DNA of 64,000 nucleotides from an uncultured bacterium (GTDB lineage Bacteria; Bacillota; Clostridia; Lachnospirales; Lachnospiraceae): NCBI GenBank assembly GCA_963519465.1, contig CAUQMY010000003.1, positions 69,313 to 133,312 of the forward strand, read 5' to 3'. Shown piece by piece: positions 61,132 to 64,000 of this stretch (position 1 is its first letter; each line of letters starts with the position of its first letter). The notes under the pieces were generated by a model. It saw only the letters and a program-made list of their open reading frames with translations, ran no database searches and was not told where the DNA came from. The position numbers and the translations under genes were made by a program.

Positions 61132-61887
61132 TCAAATTCTCCCTTCCAGTTTCTGACTGATCAAGACAAACGCGCGAAGTGCGGTAAGGATCTCTGCCTG
61201 TTCTCCCTTAACTCTCGCAGATTCCCCGTCGGTATAAAGGTTGATGTTATCCTCTAAGGATTCCTCATATTCCACTACCGTATTCAGAATGGAAGCAGTT
61301 TTTACCCCCCGCAGGCCGCCTGTAACAAACAATGCCGCTGTTTCCATATCCGAACCGAGCACTCCTCTCTTAGACCAGTATTCACACACCTCTTTTTCAT
61401 CATCGATGTAAAAGCTGTCATGGCTTCTGACGATTCCAACATGAAATTTTGCATCTAATTCCTCCGCACTTTTCATACAGGCCATCAAAAGTTCTGTGTC
61501 CGGGACCGCAGGATACACAGAATCCACATAGGAGGCGGAAGCTCCGTCATTTCGCACCGCTCCGTTTGCCATGATTAAATCTCCCAGGCATATACCCTTT
61601 TGCAACGCGCCGCAGCTTCCGATCCGGATCATTGCCTTTACTCCGATGCGCCTTAGTTCCTCAGCCGCAATCGCCGCAGATGCACCTCCGATCCCTGTGG
61701 ATACTGCCATTACCGGTATGCCCTGAAACGTTCCTTTCAAACTTCTGTATTCCCTGTTGAAAGCCAGTTCTTCCACATCTTCCAGATACGCAGCGATCCG
61801 GTCAAGCCTTGCAGGCTCACCGGGAAGCAAAGCAAACGGAACCGCCTGGTCTTTTGACAGCTTAATATGGGGCATAATTTCTGCCAT
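61132..61887 (-). CDS. Nucleoside phosphorylase, PNP/UDP family 1 (uridine-phosphorylase-like)
   Basis: MAEIMPHIKLSKDQAVPFALLPGEPARLDRIA...VSTGIGGASAAIAAEEL...GSCGAL...DMETAALF. AAGGAGAGG RBS precedes the ATG at 61887. Confidence 0.8.
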   Translation of the reverse strand: MAEIMPHIKLSKDQAVPFALLPGEPARLDRIAAYLEDVEELAFNREYRSLKGTFQGIPVMAVSTGIGGASAAIAAEELRRIGVKAMIRIGSCGALQKGICLGDLIMANGAVRNDGASASYVDSVYPAVPDTELLMACMKSAEELDAKFHVGIVRSHDSFYIDDEKEVCEYWSKRGVLGSDMETAALFVTGGLRGVKTASILNTVVEYEESLEDNINLYTDGESARVKGEQAEILTALRAFVLISQKLEGRI

Positions 61888-61931
61888 AAACACCTCTCCT
61901 TTCTGCCATTTTATAGAAATCAATGTAACAC

Positions 61932-61980
61932 AAAGAGGCTGTCTTGTCAATCCAACACCAGGTGACAAGACAGCCTCTTT
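61932..61980 (-). promoter_or_regulatory. Perfect 18-bp inverted repeat (AAAGAGGCTGTCTTGTCA-N13-TGACAAGACAGCCTCTTT) overlapping a TTGACA-17 nt-TACATT promoter; candidate operator and/or terminator of the upstream gene
   Basis: Read directly. The right arm carries the -35 hexamer of the phosphorylase/ECF/niaR operon. Confidence 0.5.
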
Positions 61981-61991
61981 TATCTCATAAT

Positions 61992-63401
61992 TTAGTAATG
62001 ACAGATGACCGGAATTCCGGAATAAACAAGACTGTATAGATCTTTTGCTTTCTTAGGCGGAAGATTCACACAGCCATGACTTCCGCTGTTCTGGTAGATC
62101 GCTCCGCCGAACTTGCTTCTCCAGTTGGCATCGTGGAAACCGATTCCTCCGTTAAAAGGCATCCAGTAATCCACATGACTTTCGTACTCGTAAGTTCCGT
62201 CCGCCTGCTTTGCCCCACGAAGGACCCGATCTGTCTGCTTATAGGACAGAGTATAGATTCCCTCCGGAGTGGTGTAATTCTTGGATACATTGCCAGTCAC
62301 ACAAGGTGCATCCCACACCAGAACGCCATCCTTATACATATAAACATGCTGGGCTGCCATATCTGCTTCCACATAGGTTCCGCCCCAGTCATTGTTGCGG
62401 TCAGCAGCAGCCTTTGCATAATTGGGTTCCCTGGTCTGGCTCTGCCCTGTGCGTATTACTGCAATCAGTTCTGCGATCTCCGCAGGCTGGTTGATCTGCC
62501 AGCCGTAAGCGCCGGAAAGGGTTAAGTCCCTTCCGCTTGCAGAATGGAAGTTCCTTCCCCTTCCTGCAGTATCGTACTTGTCCGCCAGAGATTTGACATA
62601 GGCTGCCGCTTTATCCCCGCTAACCCCAATGACTCCGTCTGTCAGTCCGGTGATCCAGGAACAGATTTCTTCCCCGTTTAACACTTCTGACCTGCTGCCA
62701 AAGGCATAGGTGATCTGCATCTCCCGTACCCGGTTGAGTGCATCACACTGGGTCTTTAATCCCTCATCATCCTTTGTAACAGTAACGCTGTCATAACACC
62801 CGGACTCCTCTAAGTTCACATCTTTCAGTTCCTGATTCAAAGCACTTTTTACGATTTCTTCCAGTTTGCCTGTATTTACGCTGTTCCCCTGCACTTCTGG
62901 AATAATGGTAAACGGCTCTCCCTGCTTCCAGTCAGACACTTTGGCATTTACTGTAGATACAACACTTTGTCCGCTTACAAAGGAAAGGGCATTCAGTTTC
63001 TCTTTTAACTTCTGTTCATCAAAGGACACTGTGCTTTTTAACGCATGACTGTTATCCTCGGCAGGTCCTGCTACACGTCCGGAGGCATTCTGGCTTTCCA
63101 GAACCGTCTTTAATCCATCTGTGATCACCACCTGATATCCGATATCCGGTCCTTTGATAACCTCGGTTTTGCCTCCTTTTCCTTTAACGGTAAAGTTATA
63201 TTCCCTGCCGTAAAAACCCTCTATCTGTACCTTTGCTTCATCGATTGTCATTCCCCCTACCAGGACTCCATTCACCTTGGTTCCGGGCACAAACTTTGAA
63301 GCATCATCTGCCAGTGCAATCGTCGCTCCTGTCAGCATGAAAAACGCTGCCAGAAACATGATTCTTCCTATCGTACTTGCATGATTTCGTTTCCTGTTCA
63401 T
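61992..63401 (-). CDS. L,D-transpeptidase (YkuD domain), paralogue without the PT-rich tail
   Basis: 469 aa. Signal/anchor sequence. GFHDANWRSKFGG..SGSHGCVNL catalytic region. Same architecture as 53478..55202. Confidence 0.88.
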   Translation of the reverse strand: MNRKRNHASTIGRIMFLAAFFMLTGATIALADDASKFVPGTKVNGVLVGGMTIDEAKVQIEGFYGREYNFTVKGKGGKTEVIKGPDIGYQVVITDGLKTVLESQNASGRVAGPAEDNSHALKSTVSFDEQKLKEKLNALSFVSGQSVVSTVNAKVSDWKQGEPFTIIPEVQGNSVNTGKLEEIVKSALNQELKDVNLEESGCYDSVTVTKDDEGLKTQCDALNRVREMQITYAFGSRSEVLNGEEICSWITGLTDGVIGVSGDKAAAYVKSLADKYDTAGRGRNFHSASGRDLTLSGAYGWQINQPAEIAELIAVIRTGQSQTREPNYAKAAADRNNDWGGTYVEADMAAQHVYMYKDGVLVWDAPCVTGNVSKNYTTPEGIYTLSYKQTDRVLRGAKQADGTYEYESHVDYWMPFNGGIGFHDANWRSKFGGAIYQNSGSHGCVNLPPKKAKDLYSLVYSGIPVICHY

Positions 63402-63539
63402 TCCTTCTAAATCCTTTGCTGTATTTTATGGAAATCATTTCCATACTTTTCTAGGGTAACATGATTCAGACGGAATAACAAGCGTAAAAATTGCCTAAAT
63501 TTTCCAATGAAATACCGGATCCAACCTTTTAGCCTGCTG

Positions 63540-64000
63540 TCACTGCTGTTCTAAATGTTTTAAAATCTCTCTTTTATATTCCAGAAATTCTTCTGAAATA
63601 TGAAAATCTTTGCTTCTTGGTTTTGCCTCTTTTATGATGATCTTCTTTGTGATCTTTCCAGGAAATCCGGTGAGGATGCAGATCCGGTCAGAAAGAAGAA
63701 TTGCCTCGTCAATATCATGAGTAATAAAAAGCGTGGAAAGCCGGATTTCTTCCATCACCTTTAAGTACCACTCATGCATGGTGTGTTTGGTCAGCATATC
63801 AAGGGCAGAAAATGGTTCATCAAGCAGAGCGATGGGCCTGGAAAATAAAAAGGTCCTCAAAAGTGCTGCCCTTTGCCGCATGCCGCCTGACAGCTGTGAG
63901 GGATATTTCTTCTCCGTCCCCTCTAAGCCAAACATTTCAAAATACCCGGCAGCTTTTTTTCTGGCTTCTGCTTTTTTCACTCCTGAAAGCAGCAGAGGTA
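63540..64000 (-). CDS. ABC transporter ATP-binding protein (NitT/TauT-like), 5' end beyond the window
   Basis: LSGGMRQRAALLRT signature, Walker B LLDEPFSALD and H-loop ITHDIDEA. The frame stays open to position 64000. Confidence 0.85.
   Translation of the reverse strand, partial: PLLLSGVKKAEARKKAAGYFEMFGLEGTEKKYPSQLSGGMRQRAALLRTFLFSRPIALLDEPFSALDMLTKHTMHEWYLKVMEEIRLSTLFITHDIDEAILLSDRICILTGFPGKITKKIIIKEAKPRSKDFHISEEFLEYKREILKHLEQQ

Overview
This 64-kb window is a Firmicutes chromosome segment, by gene content Clostridia or Lachnospiraceae-like and a spore-former. It has AddAB, a CIRCE-controlled groESL, a GerA-family gene, ECF transporters and strong GGAGG ribosome-binding sites. Most genes lie on the minus strand and most of the window is housekeeping. 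Recognised units are kdpDE plus kdpF-A-B-C, a guanine-riboswitch-controlled guanine deaminase/purine permease pair, addBA, guaB, groESL, bioY-bioB with a BirA operator, a rhamnose operon (rhaB-M-A-D) with an AraC-type regulator, glnS, two YkuD L,D-transpeptidase paralogues, a PadR/MGT glycosyltransferase module, and a nucleoside phosphorylase/ECF/NiaR operon. I saw no rRNA, tRNA, CRISPR array, transposase or integrase. The most interesting signal is at the left edge. An operon runs off the window. It opens with a secreted-vWA/TM/FHA-like membrane protein, followed by an ORF of at least 663 aa that the supplied track misses because it has no stop in the window. By eye, that ORF starts like TssB/VipA and continues with TssC/VipB-like blocks in the right order. 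The operon sits directly downstream of a LytTR two-component system. Its 68-bp upstream element recurs, with identical spacing, upstream of an orphan PAAR-like DUF4280 gene 13 kb away. Together these suggest a T6SS-like contractile apparatus in a Gram-positive genome. This is unverified: the alignments were done by eye and from memory. Other points: an extra 29-codon membrane-peptide ORF between kdpB and kdpC, an unclassified terminator-containing leader upstream of a YitT-family gene, two decayed genes (a PNPOx fragment and a WYL regulator missing its WYL domain), and a perfect 18-bp inverted repeat over the promoter of the NiaR-linked operon.
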